From positions 1 to 42,279 of the forward strand of contig JBBTXX010000010.1 in assembly GCA_038062065.1 (NCBI GenBank): DNA of 42,279 nucleotides. Direction: 5' to 3'. Positions 1 to 8,182 of this stretch are shown piece after piece. This DNA comes from Patescibacteria group bacterium. Its GTDB lineage: Bacteria > Patescibacteriota > Minisyncoccia > Phycocordibacterales > JAKFXT01. The translations under genes were made by a program, and so were the position numbers. The notes beneath the pieces were generated by a model. That model made no database searches and had not been told where the DNA came from. It saw nothing but the letters and a program-made list of their open reading frames with translations. How positions within the stretch are numbered: the first letter of the stretch is position 1; every line of letters starts with the position of its first letter.

Positions 1-2272
1 AGAGGTTATCCGCGTTGAGGAAGGTGTCGTCTCCAGAGGGGTTCAAGATGAAGTCTCCGGTGGAATCCGTCTGTAGCTCGGTGTAGCGGGTGTCGTCGTA
101 GGCGATAGAAACTTGAGCTCCGGAAAAAGTATTTTTAATAGATAGTCGTGCATAAGGCGAAGTCGTACCCACACCTACATTTCGAGGACTACCTACAAAC
201 AGAGCGTCCCCACCAATAGTTAAGTTAGAGGAAAACAAATTGGTAGAGGAAGCCGTGGTAGAGAAGAAGTTGGTAGTAGTCGCATTGGTGCCTGTGGCGT
301 TGGTAAATGTAAGATTTTGTAAAGTTGACGAAGCTGTCGCTAAGAATTGAGTGGTAGAAAGAATCGTCCCGTCAAAGGTAAGAGACCCAGAAGATGCGAG
401 TGTGTCAGTCGAGCTGGTGTACAAAATCCGATTAGTGCCACCAAAGCTAGTGACCCCAGTTCCCCCACTTCCCACAGAAAGAGTGCCTGTAATATCAGTT
501 GAACCAGATGATAAATTTATGGCAGCAGCTGCGACCGAACCGTTAGTGGCTTTTAGAAAACCAGAGAGAGATCCTATGGAAAGATTAGAGGCAAATAGGT
601 TTGTCGAACTCGCTGTCGTACTAAAGAAGTTGGTGGAGGTGGCGGAAGTGGAAGTGGAGTTAACTGCGGTGAAGTTCTGGAGGGTGGAGGAGGCGGTAGC
701 GAGAAGATTGGTTAGAGTCGCGAGACCGGAGACAGAAAGAGTAGAGCCCACGGATAGAGCCCCGGTAGTAGTCGCGTTCGTCGTCGTGGAATTGCCGGTG
801 ATATTGAAATTGCCAGTTATGGTTGAGGAGGCGGAGGAAACAAATCCTCCGTTAAGCAGTACTGTGAGGGTCGTGGTTGGGGTTAAGTAGCCGCCAGAAA
901 TCCCCCAAGTTTCCCCAAAACCTACAGAAGGTATGCAAGTACCGCTAACCGAAAAACAGCCTGAAGTTATATTTAAACCGTTAGAAGCCGTTGTCGTCCC
1001 GACGCCAAGAGTTGTGGTACCGGTAAGAGAGACATTGGAACCGGTGCCACTAAAATCACCAGAGAAAGAACCGGCGACACTGGCGTTACTCCAAGAACCT
1101 CCCGAAATAGATGGGTTAGTTATAGAGGTGTTGGTCAAAACATCTATACGATTGGTTTGAGAAGCCACTGTATAGACGCCGGAGGGAGCATTATAAGAAC
1201 CGGAGGACTGGGCGGAGAGATAATTTATACGCGAAAGCAGCTCATTTTTTACAGCCTGCAAATCTTCAGCCGAGATTCCCACTTCACGGATAATTTCTCT
1301 AGTCTCTATGGTATGAATTATTTTTTCCTGTGGTAAAACAATTCCAGTCGGCGGAGAGTAGGACGAGGAGGTATTGGAACTTCCTGTTGAGGTCGCGTAA
1401 CGGGAACCAACCACGTCAGAAGCCGGACCTTGGGCTAAATCGTCAGAATCAAGCGAGAGAGAAACTGCCGCAGCTTGAGAAGATGGATTTTTATAACTGA
1501 TATGCGAAGAAAGTAGATTGGAAAAGATTGTGAGTGCCGCGGAGAAAGAACGTGGTATGGAAATTCCCGGACCGGTCTCTACGCGTGATAAAAATATTTT
1601 ATCCCCGCTTCCGAAAAGAGAGGCGGCGCCTGTCGCGAAAGTTATGGCGATAGAAAGAGCTAAGACCTTTTCCGGCAAACGGGAACCAAGAGCCTCATGC
1701 AAAACATCACGAAGAGTTGATTTGTTTTTAAGGGAATTTTTTTTCTTCACCACTCTGACCACCTGAAAAGGTTTTTCTTCTATGAAGACTCTGGTTTCTC
1801 TTATAAGCGGAATGAGAGGTCGGTCATCGGAAGTATATTTAAGAGACGGTCTTGGTCTTACAGCAGAACGCGCGGGATTAACCGGCCTTGGAAGAATTAT
1901 ATTTTTGGACGGAAGAGTGGTTACGGAATCCGTAGGCTTTAAGGGTACGCTCTGTACAGGAACAGAAGTTATGATTTCAGGTTCTTTCTTATCTGTGACT
2001 TGTTTATTTACCGATGACGGAGGAATATGATTTTTCTTGAGTGAGCGCGACAGTTCGGCATAGTGTTCTTTCTTTTTATTTTCAGCTTTTTCCCGGAAAG
2101 ATATCAGGGAGGCTTCTTCTACATACCAGTTACCTTCGTGCATGCGGCAAGACACTTCACTCCGGCGACAAAGACGAGCTATGTAATGCCTGGTGTACCC
2201 AAACTTCCTGGCACACTCCGAAGAAGAAAGAAAATTTTTGCCTTCAAATACTAAGTTCTGTATATCTGCCAT
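1..2272 (-). CDS. Large surface/fibre-like protein: N-terminal excisionase-type HTH, one TM segment and a Ser/Thr/Asn/Gly-rich repeat ectodomain. The C-terminus lies beyond the left edge.
   Basis: Hand translation of the minus strand. The ATG is at 2272-2270 (MADIQNLVFEGKNFLSSSECARKFGYTRHYIARLCRRSEVSCRMHEGNWYVEEASLISF...). A hydrophobic stretch follows (KVLALSIAITFATGAASLFG), then a T/S/N/G-rich sequence ending ...NVGVGTTSPYARLSIKNTF... I met no stop in this frame down to position 1; I re-derived 1981-2280 and 181-720 block by block and read the remainder only once by eye. The gene is missing from the ORF track because its stop is off-window. The plus-strand ORFs at 351-2289 are its antisense shadows. 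Confidence 0.8.
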   Translation of the reverse strand, partial: MADIQNLVFEGKNFLSSSECARKFGYTRHYIARLCRRSEVSCRMHEGNWYVEEASLISFREKAENKKKEHYAELSRSLKKNHIPPSSVNKQVTDKKEPEIITSVPVQSVPLKPTDSVTTLPSKNIILPRPVNPARSAVRPRPSLKYTSDDRPLIPLIRETRVFIEEKPFQVVRVVKKKNSLKNKSTLRDVLHEALGSRLPEKVLALSIAITFATGAASLFGSGDKIFLSRVETGPGISIPRSFSAALTIFSNLLSSHISYKNPSSQAAAVSLSLDSDDLAQGPASDVVGSRYATSTGSSNTSSSYSPPTGIVLPQEKIIHTIETREIIREVGISAEDLQAVKNELLSRINYLSAQSSGSYNAPSGVYTVASQTNRIDVLTNTSITNPSISGGSWSNASVAGSFSGDFSGTGSNVSLTGTTTLGVGTTTASNGLNITSGCFSVSGTCIPSVGFGETWGISGGYLTPTTTLTVLLNGGFVSSASSTITGNFNITGNSTTTNATTTGALSVGSTLSVSGLATLTNLLATASSTLQNFTAVNSTSTSATSTNFFSTTASSTNLFASNLSIGSLSGFLKATNGSVAAAAINLSSGSTDITGTLSVGSGGTGVTSFGGTNRILYTSSTDTLASSGSLTFDGTILSTTQFLATASSTLQNLTFTNATGTNATTTNFFSTTASSTNLFSSNLTIGGDALFVGSPRNVGVGTTSPYARLSIKNTFSGAQVSIAYDDTRYTELQTDSTGDFILNPSGDDTFLNADNL
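209..703 (-). repeat. Two copies of a ~45-aa protein module (codons at 703->569 and 343->209), spaced 360 nt apart inside the fibre-like CDS
   Basis: LATASSTLQNFTAVNSTSTSATSTNFFSTTASSTNLFASNLSIGS versus LATASSTLQNLTFTNATGTNATTTNFFSTTASSTNLFSSNLTIGG. My hand alignment gives 35/45 identical residues, yet the codons are mostly different. Confidence 0.8.
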
Positions 2273-2530
2273 TTCGTAAAGAATTATAGGTGAAGTGGCT
2301 CTCTAAATATAACTGGTTCACTCTTTTTCGGGTCAAAAATTGAAAACTAATTTAGTGGATTACAGCACAAGGTTTCAAATTTACAGGACAGAGGCCAAAA
2401 AATGCCCGAAAAACCTGGTGAAACATCTAAAAAAGAAGTGAACTCCCTTTAGTCTTAAGGCCAGTACGCGGATGACTGTTTCTAAATGTGGTGAAACGGG
2501 AAATCGGCGGAATATTCTAAGAAAAACGAC

Positions 2531-2550
2531 TCCGGAGGGTAATCCCCGGA
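2531..2550 (-). terminator. Candidate rho-independent terminator downstream of gatB
   Basis: The hairpin is tccgg(a)gg-gtaat-cc-ccgga. On the minus strand it is followed by gtcgtttttctt. A second AT-rich hairpin (gtggaaaa/ttttccac) lies at 2555-2581. Confidence 0.45.
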
Positions 2551-2587
2551 ATTAGTGGAAAAACCTTAAAAAGTTTTCCACACCTAC

Positions 2588-4015
2588 CTACTTAGTTTTC
2601 CCTATCTCTTCCTCAAAAATGGCTTTGAGTATAGTCGGGTTCCCTGCCCCCTTGGTTGCCTTGATAGCTTGCCCCACCATAAATTGAATTACGCTCACCT
2701 TACCGGATTTAAAATTGAGAACCACCGTAGGGTTAGATTTGATTATGTCTTTGACTATTTCCCGAAGTGCTTCCGGGTTACTTTCCTGTATAAATCCTTC
2801 TCTTTTGGCCACAGACTCTACCGTTTCTCCGGATAGGAGAGACAAGGAGAGAGCGTCCTTGGCGCCCCTTGAAGACAATTTGCCCTCCTCTATAAGTTTA
2901 ACTGCAGAGGAAACCGATTCGCCTACGACAGTGGCTGTAAGCGCTAACCCAGGATTAGCTGCAAAAACTCCTTGGACATCAGAAATAATATAGTTGGCCA
3001 GAAGTTTTTTTGTTTTTTTATCTTCAAAGTTTTTTTCCGACAAGTCAAAGATTTCTCCGAGCATAGTGTTGGATGTCAGGATATCTGAATATTCAGAACT
3101 AAGCCCGATTTCTTTTTCATACCTTTCTCTTTTTTTGGAAGGCAATTCCGGCAAAGAATTTCTTAAAGTTTTTTCAGAGAATTCCGGAATTTCAGAAATA
3201 TGCAGTTTCGGTAAATCCGGATCCGGAAAATAACGATAGTCGTGGGAACTTTCTTTCAGGCGTTGAGAAAAAGTTTCTCCTTTGGAGTCGTCCCAACCTC
3301 TGGTTTCCTGAACCACTTCCCCGCCACTCCTAAGAACTTCGGTTTGTCTTTTAACTTCAAAATTAATTGCCCGCTCCACCGTCCGAAAAGAATTCAAATT
3401 TTTTACTTCTACCTTTGTACCCATCTTACCTTCCTCGGCGATGGAAATGTTAGCTTCAACCCGCATCTCACCTTTTTCCAAATTAGCATCTCCAGCGGCA
3501 AGTGCACGAAGCAGTAACTGTAATTCTTTGGCAAAACCGACAGCAGTCTCGGTGTCATGAATTACCGGCTCGGTCACCAGCTCCATTAGAGGCACCCCGG
3601 CACGATTAAAATCCAGTAAAGTTTCCCCTTCCCTTTCATGAAGAGAGCGGGCGGTATCTTCCTCAAGATGTACCCTGGTTACTTCCACGCCTCTTAGAAT
3701 TCCGCCGGAAACCAGAGGATGTTTGTATTGGCTTATCTGGTAGCCCTTAGGAATATCCGGGTAAAAGTAGCTCTTACGGTCAAACTCGCTCCAATCCGCC
3801 AATTGTCCGCCTATGGCCACTCCCACGCGCAAGATGTTTCTGACCGCCTCCTTGTTTATAACCGGCAGAGTCCCCGGATGGGCAAGGCAAACCGGGCAAA
3901 TATTAGCGTTCGGCTTCTTTTCGCCAGGGTCATTCCTGCAATCACAGAACATCTTAGTCCTGGTTTTCAGTTCTGCGTGTATTTCCAAACCAATCGTGGG
4001 TATATAAGAAGTCAT
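2588..4015 (-). CDS. gatB: Asp-tRNA(Asn)/Glu-tRNA(Gln) amidotransferase subunit B
   Basis: 475 aa. The N-terminus IPTIGLEIHAELKTRTKMFCDC...ANICPVCLAHPGTLPVINK and the C-terminal YqeY-like tail are characteristic of GatB. Confidence 0.96.
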   Translation of the reverse strand: MTSYIPTIGLEIHAELKTRTKMFCDCRNDPGEKKPNANICPVCLAHPGTLPVINKEAVRNILRVGVAIGGQLADWSEFDRKSYFYPDIPKGYQISQYKHPLVSGGILRGVEVTRVHLEEDTARSLHEREGETLLDFNRAGVPLMELVTEPVIHDTETAVGFAKELQLLLRALAAGDANLEKGEMRVEANISIAEEGKMGTKVEVKNLNSFRTVERAINFEVKRQTEVLRSGGEVVQETRGWDDSKGETFSQRLKESSHDYRYFPDPDLPKLHISEIPEFSEKTLRNSLPELPSKKRERYEKEIGLSSEYSDILTSNTMLGEIFDLSEKNFEDKKTKKLLANYIISDVQGVFAANPGLALTATVVGESVSSAVKLIEEGKLSSRGAKDALSLSLLSGETVESVAKREGFIQESNPEALREIVKDIIKSNPTVVLNFKSGKVSVIQFMVGQAIKATKGAGNPTILKAIFEEEIGKTK

Positions 4016-4017
4016 AC

Positions 4018-5004
4018 TTAAATTCTATCCCGACCAGTAAGAGCTTGTAAGTGGCCAGCTAATTTTTCCTTAAACTCCTTGAGCGATTTGTCATCAAGGA
4101 CACTCGCACTAAGAACCGTTCTTTCCAGTTCTTTAGCTTCACGTAATTTACGCTTAAGGGTCTTTTCATCCACCGAATCGGACTTGGTGAGGACAATAAT
4201 TTCCGCTCTTTCGCCGAGGGCCTTGTTGTAGGTATTCAATTCCCTGCGCACGGTTTTGTAAGATTCAGTTATGTCTTCCTCCAGAGAAATGCAGTGCAGA
4301 AGAAGCTTGGTCCTTTCTATGTGTCGGAGAAATTTATGGCCCAACCCTTTCCCGGTGGCGGCTCCTTCAATGAGTCCAGGAATGTCTGCCAGAATAAATC
4401 CGTACATTTCTCCCAAGTTTGGTTCCAGAGTCGTAAACTGGTAAGAGGCGACCTTGGCCTTGGCACGCGTGAGAGAATTAAGAAGCGAGGATTTGCCGGC
4501 ATTGGGAAGACCAACGAGTCCCGCATCCGCTATGAGACGCAGTTCAATATTAAAATAGCCGGACTCTCCAACTGCTCCTTTGGTAAATTCTCTAGGAGTC
4601 GTATTCTTGGAAGACTTAAAGTGCTCGTTCCCAAAACCTCCCCGGCCACCGTGCAATACTAGAACTGGCTCCCCTTCAGAAAGAAGTTCTACTTTGCGTC
4701 CCATTTCCTTAGATTCAATGATGGAGCCGAGTGGTAAATCTACCATCGCATCCTTACCGCTACCGCCGTGCATACTGTCGCGCATACCATCCTTGCCATC
4801 CCCGGCAGCTATTTCCGTTACATGCCGGTAGCGCGCCAGGACTCCCAGATCGCGCACAGCCTTAACATATACATCTCCTCCCCGGCCACCATCCCCGCCG
4901 CCTGGCCCGGCCAGGTCCCTACCCTTCTCATGGCGCCAACGCACTACCCCGTTACCGCCGCGTCCGGCTTTTAGATACAGCTTAAGTTCATCAATAAAGG
5001 CCAT
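4018..5004 (-). CDS. obg: GTPase Obg (short form, no C-terminal extension)
   Basis: It has the Gly-rich Obg fold (KAGRGGNGVVRWRHEKG..GGGDGGRGGDVY), G1 GLPNAGKSSL, G3 DIPGLIEGA and NKxD-like TKSD. Confidence 0.95.
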   Translation of the reverse strand: MAFIDELKLYLKAGRGGNGVVRWRHEKGRDLAGPGGGDGGRGGDVYVKAVRDLGVLARYRHVTEIAAGDGKDGMRDSMHGGSGKDAMVDLPLGSIIESKEMGRKVELLSEGEPVLVLHGGRGGFGNEHFKSSKNTTPREFTKGAVGESGYFNIELRLIADAGLVGLPNAGKSSLLNSLTRAKAKVASYQFTTLEPNLGEMYGFILADIPGLIEGAATGKGLGHKFLRHIERTKLLLHCISLEEDITESYKTVRRELNTYNKALGERAEIIVLTKSDSVDEKTLKRKLREAKELERTVLSASVLDDKSLKEFKEKLAGHLQALTGRDRI

Positions 5005-5006
5005 GT

Positions 5007-5891
5007 CTATTCTTTGGTCTCAATCGCGAGTTTAGCCAGAGCTCTTGCCCCCTCCAAACTCTTAGCCGCTACAACCCATCTCTTGTTGTGGCAAAAGAGA
5101 GCGTCGGGCACGCCGGACGCTTCCGCAAGACCAGCGCCCGTTTTTCCCGCCCAGCTTAGAGGAAAATCCTTTCTGTTGATAAAAGAATTTTGTGCGTCCC
5201 TCACCGCCTGCACTCTGAACCCGTTACCCTGCCTTTCCGGATAAATAACAAACAGGGGCTCCGGCTTGGTTGCCAAAACCTCTCCCCACGGATACGGGCC
5301 GTCAATCTCAATAATTTTCTTATCCGGGCTCTGATCATAAAAGTCCCGGACTATTTTCTGACCGTCCACAAAGTCCTTCGCGTGAGCTATCTCCCGCTCT
5401 AACAACTTTCTAACAATCTCCAGCGTCTGCTTAAATGCCTTATCCAAATTTCGCGCTGGCTCTTTCCAGGTCGGCATCATGGCTCCGGTCAGAGCATTAA
5501 TGAGATAAGGATAAACTCCGGGTATAAGAGGTGCGACTATGTCCACGCCATTGTCTACTGCGTCAATCGGTTCTACTATTTTTTTATCAATTATCATAGC
5601 TGAGTCTTTGGAGCCGGAAAGTTGCTCGCCGAACTTTTGCCAGACGAGACCGAAAGAGGAATAAGGAATACCATTTTCCCTTAATCCGGCCCCGCCCTCC
5701 TGATGGTGGTCAAAACGGTTTCTGAGTGGCTCATGGATACCACCAACATCAATAACAACGTCCGCCGAAGTCACGACCTCCATATCCCGCGTCCGCACGA
5801 CTTCGTGTTTACCCGGGTGGGCAAGCATAACGGCAGCTATACCGAATAATTCATCAATGTGAAATCTGCCGTTATGAGTAGCTATCCGCAT
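5007..5891 (-). CDS. MYG1/UPF0160 family metal-dependent hydrolase
   Basis: The N-terminal motif THNGRFHIDE, a later DHHQ motif and the ~290-aa length are typical of the MYG1 family. Its stop lies 2 nt before the obg start. Confidence 0.8.
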   Translation of the reverse strand: MRIATHNGRFHIDELFGIAAVMLAHPGKHEVVRTRDMEVVTSADVVIDVGGIHEPLRNRFDHHQEGGAGLRENGIPYSSFGLVWQKFGEQLSGSKDSAMIIDKKIVEPIDAVDNGVDIVAPLIPGVYPYLINALTGAMMPTWKEPARNLDKAFKQTLEIVRKLLEREIAHAKDFVDGQKIVRDFYDQSPDKKIIEIDGPYPWGEVLATKPEPLFVIYPERQGNGFRVQAVRDAQNSFINRKDFPLSWAGKTGAGLAEASGVPDALFCHNKRWVVAAKSLEGARALAKLAIETKE

Positions 5892-5903
5892 TGGGGTAAA
5901 AAC

Positions 5904-6242
5904 TTAAGGAAGAATGTGACTAAGAACCCAAGAAACCGCGGAGAGAATAACTGCCGCCCCGAGAGCCGGTAGGAAACCAGAGAGAGCGAAACCTGGAACT
6001 ATGAACACAATAAGCCAGAGAATCACTGCGTTCAAAACAAAGGTAAAAAGACCCATGGTTAAAAGCGAGAGGGGCAGGGTCAAAATCACCAGAACCGGTC
6101 GAACAAAAATATTAAGAAGTCCCAGAACCAGAGCCACCAGAAGCGCGGTATAGAAATCCGGTACTACGACTCCGGGCAGATATGCGGTTATGAGAAGGAG
6201 AGTTCCAGCTATAGCTAATATTTTTACGGCAGTACGCATCAT
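5904..6242 (-). CDS. Phage holin family protein (YvlD/PF04020-type 4-TM membrane protein)
   Basis: 112 aa with 4 TM segments. The pattern LPGV.V..F.TALLVALVLGLLN..VRPVL..LTLPL..LT.GLF.FVLNA..LWL....VPGF matches this family. Confidence 0.75.
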   Translation of the reverse strand: MMRTAVKILAIAGTLLLITAYLPGVVVPDFYTALLVALVLGLLNIFVRPVLVILTLPLSLLTMGLFTFVLNAVILWLIVFIVPGFALSGFLPALGAAVILSAVSWVLSHILP

Positions 6243-6245
6243 ATT

Positions 6246-6659
6246 TTAATTAGCTCTCTCCTCCATAATCCTCCTTATACTGGAGAGTTCCTTCCTTATA
6301 TGCATGAGCGCGGTTTCTTCCGCGGCTACATCTGCTTCAATATTTTTAATGGTATTAGTCTCCTGTCTTACCTCTTCCTCGGTTTTTTCAATAACTTTCT
6401 TTTCGCGCTTAATGCCAGAGATAAGAATGGTGTCACCTATAAAGAAGGACACGAAAAGACCGGATATACCGAGTACCGCGACAGAAGCAACCCCCGCCCA
6501 AAAATCCGGAACTTGAAGCATGTCCGCCGTATTCCAAACCCCCCTCCAAAAGAGGACTATGGCTACTCCGCCTATCAAGGAGTATAGAAATGGATGGCGG
6601 GAGAGCCATTCCCTTACTTTATCCTCCAAGTGGTCAAAAAAGTGATTTATTGGTCGCAT
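6246..6659 (-). CDS. Hypothetical membrane protein (2 TM plus a C-terminal coiled-coil)
   Basis: 137 aa with two hydrophobic segments, then an E/K-rich heptad-like tail. It is tightly packed between neighbouring genes. Confidence 0.6.
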   Translation of the reverse strand: MRPINHFFDHLEDKVREWLSRHPFLYSLIGGVAIVLFWRGVWNTADMLQVPDFWAGVASVAVLGISGLFVSFFIGDTILISGIKREKKVIEKTEEEVRQETNTIKNIEADVAAEETALMHIRKELSSIRRIMEERAN

Positions 6660-6704
6660 AATGAGCTTAATATACCGAAAAACCGAGCTTAATCAACGGC
6701 TTGC

Positions 6705-7346
6705 TTATATTCTTCCAATCTTCCGTCGCCGGTACCAGATAAAAATCACTACAGAAATAAGGAGAAATACTAGCACCCAAATTTCAATTTTTTGAAACAA
6801 GGCGCTGTACTCACGGTATAAAGACCCGGCTTGCCAACCGAGAAAACCTAAGACCACCGCCTTAAAAAAAGTCGCCAAGAAAGTTATGGGAATATACTGG
6901 GAGAGAGGAAAGCGCAGAACACCGGAAGCCAAGTTGACGGCTAAAGCCGGCATGACAGGAATAGCCCGGGAAAGAAAAAGAACCGTGTTATCCGCGATAG
7001 ACTTGTGCATCCAGGTCTCCACCTTCTCCACTTCCAACACGGATAAACCTATATAAGGACCAATCTTTATAATAAAAGGGCGCCCTAGACGACGGGCCAA
7101 CCCGTACCAAAAAAGAGAGCCGAGGGTAAGACCTGCGGCAATAGGCAAAGCGACTACTATAGATAATTTTAGAACCTCATAGACCCCTATTGGTTGCCCC
7201 CCGAGAAATACAAACCCGCCGGTAAGTATAACGAAAGAAGACGGAATCGGAGCTATCAGCTCTTCAGTAATGGCAGCAATGAAAAGCCCGAAAGATCCGT
7301 AAGCCAATATAATCGCCTCTAAATATTGAACGACTAAATCTGTCAT
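6705..7346 (-). CDS. DedA/SNARE-associated family membrane protein
   Basis: 213 aa, polytopic, with a DedA-like core (..PIPSS.V.L..G.. and G.....LGRPFI). Confidence 0.7.
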   Translation of the reverse strand: MTDLVVQYLEAIILAYGSFGLFIAAITEELIAPIPSSFVILTGGFVFLGGQPIGVYEVLKLSIVVALPIAAGLTLGSLFWYGLARRLGRPFIIKIGPYIGLSVLEVEKVETWMHKSIADNTVLFLSRAIPVMPALAVNLASGVLRFPLSQYIPITFLATFFKAVVLGFLGWQAGSLYREYSALFQKIEIWVLVFLLISVVIFIWYRRRKIGRI

Positions 7347-7398
7347 TTATTCTAAATTGCGTCCGGTTTCCGCCGTATCCATTCCTGAAAGTATAACA

Positions 7399-8181
7399 TT
7401 AGGAACGCAAACCCAGACCGGTACGAATAAAATATAAATTAATGACAATTAGTGTGAGTATCAGCGCGAAGAGAATAACTATTGAAATATAGAGTGGCAC
7501 ATCGGTAATACCTAAAAACCCGTAACGGAAACCATTAATCAGGTAAAAAATGGGATTGGCGTAGGTAACAGCACTCCACCAAGAAGGGAGTGTGTGTATT
7601 GAATAGAAGACACCACCAAGATATACGAGCGGAGTCAGGACAAAAGTCGGGATGATATTAATACCATCAATGGATTTGGCGTAGATACCGTTGACTAGGC
7701 CGGCAAGAGAAAAAACGATCGCGGTCAAGACAGCAAAGGAAAGTATTACAACTAAGTTATAAACCGCGAGATGTAGTCCAGTAAAAAACAGTGATACCAG
7801 AAGCACTAGTGTGCCGACCAGAATACCGCGCACCACACCGCCTCCGATAAAACCGGCGATAAGTAGCCAGGGGGGTGTCGGAGACACTAAAATTTCGTCT
7901 ATGGAACGAGCAAAAAATTTAGAAGCAAAAAACATAAACGAAGTGTTAGCGTAGGATGTAGTAACGATAGCCAACATTACGAGCCCTGGCACCACGAAGG
8001 TCATATAACTAACTCCTTGTATTTCTCCGATGCGTGAACCTAAAACCGTTCCGAAGACGAGAAAATATAAGGTAGAAGTTATAACGGAAGGTAGAAATGT
8101 CTGCACCCATATTCGGAACATGCGTACCACATCTTTGCGAATCATAGTGTAGAAGGAAATCCATTTTTGCCGCGGGGTCAT
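7399..8181 (-). CDS. ABC-2 type transporter permease
   Basis: 260 aa with ~6 TM segments. It lies 1 nt downstream of the ATPase gene and has the typical ABC-2 layout. Confidence 0.8.
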   Translation of the reverse strand: MTPRQKWISFYTMIRKDVVRMFRIWVQTFLPSVITSTLYFLVFGTVLGSRIGEIQGVSYMTFVVPGLVMLAIVTTSYANTSFMFFASKFFARSIDEILVSPTPPWLLIAGFIGGGVVRGILVGTLVLLVSLFFTGLHLAVYNLVVILSFAVLTAIVFSLAGLVNGIYAKSIDGINIIPTFVLTPLVYLGGVFYSIHTLPSWWSAVTYANPIFYLINGFRYGFLGITDVPLYISIVILFALILTLIVINLYFIRTGLGLRS

Positions 8182-8182
8182 A

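Noticed and set aside
351-2289. Plus-strand ORFs in the supplied track (351-890, 933-1160, 1518-1766, 1782-2030, 2041-2289, 2063-2254)
   Set aside because: Their products are V/E/P/R-rich nonsense. They lie antisense to one continuous minus-strand frame whose translation is coherent (HTH, TM, repeat fibre). They are shadow ORFs.
2290-2530. A 315-nt intergenic region with recurring words (aatt(t)agtgga at ~2349 and ~2550; ggtgaaac at ~2418 and ~2490), considered as a possible small RNA, repeat or tRNA
   Set aside because: The repeats are 8-11 nt only, with no tRNA T-loop or acceptor signature, no convincing promoter-terminator pair and no ORF. It most likely holds the 5' UTR and promoter of the fibre gene plus the gatB terminators.
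1-6659. Prophage remnant idea (tail-fibre-like protein, excisionase-type HTH and a 'phage holin' family gene within 6 kb)
   Set aside because: No integrase, terminase, capsid, portal, lysin or att-like repeats are present. The intervening genes are core housekeeping genes (gatB, obg). PF04020 proteins are common chromosomal membrane proteins.
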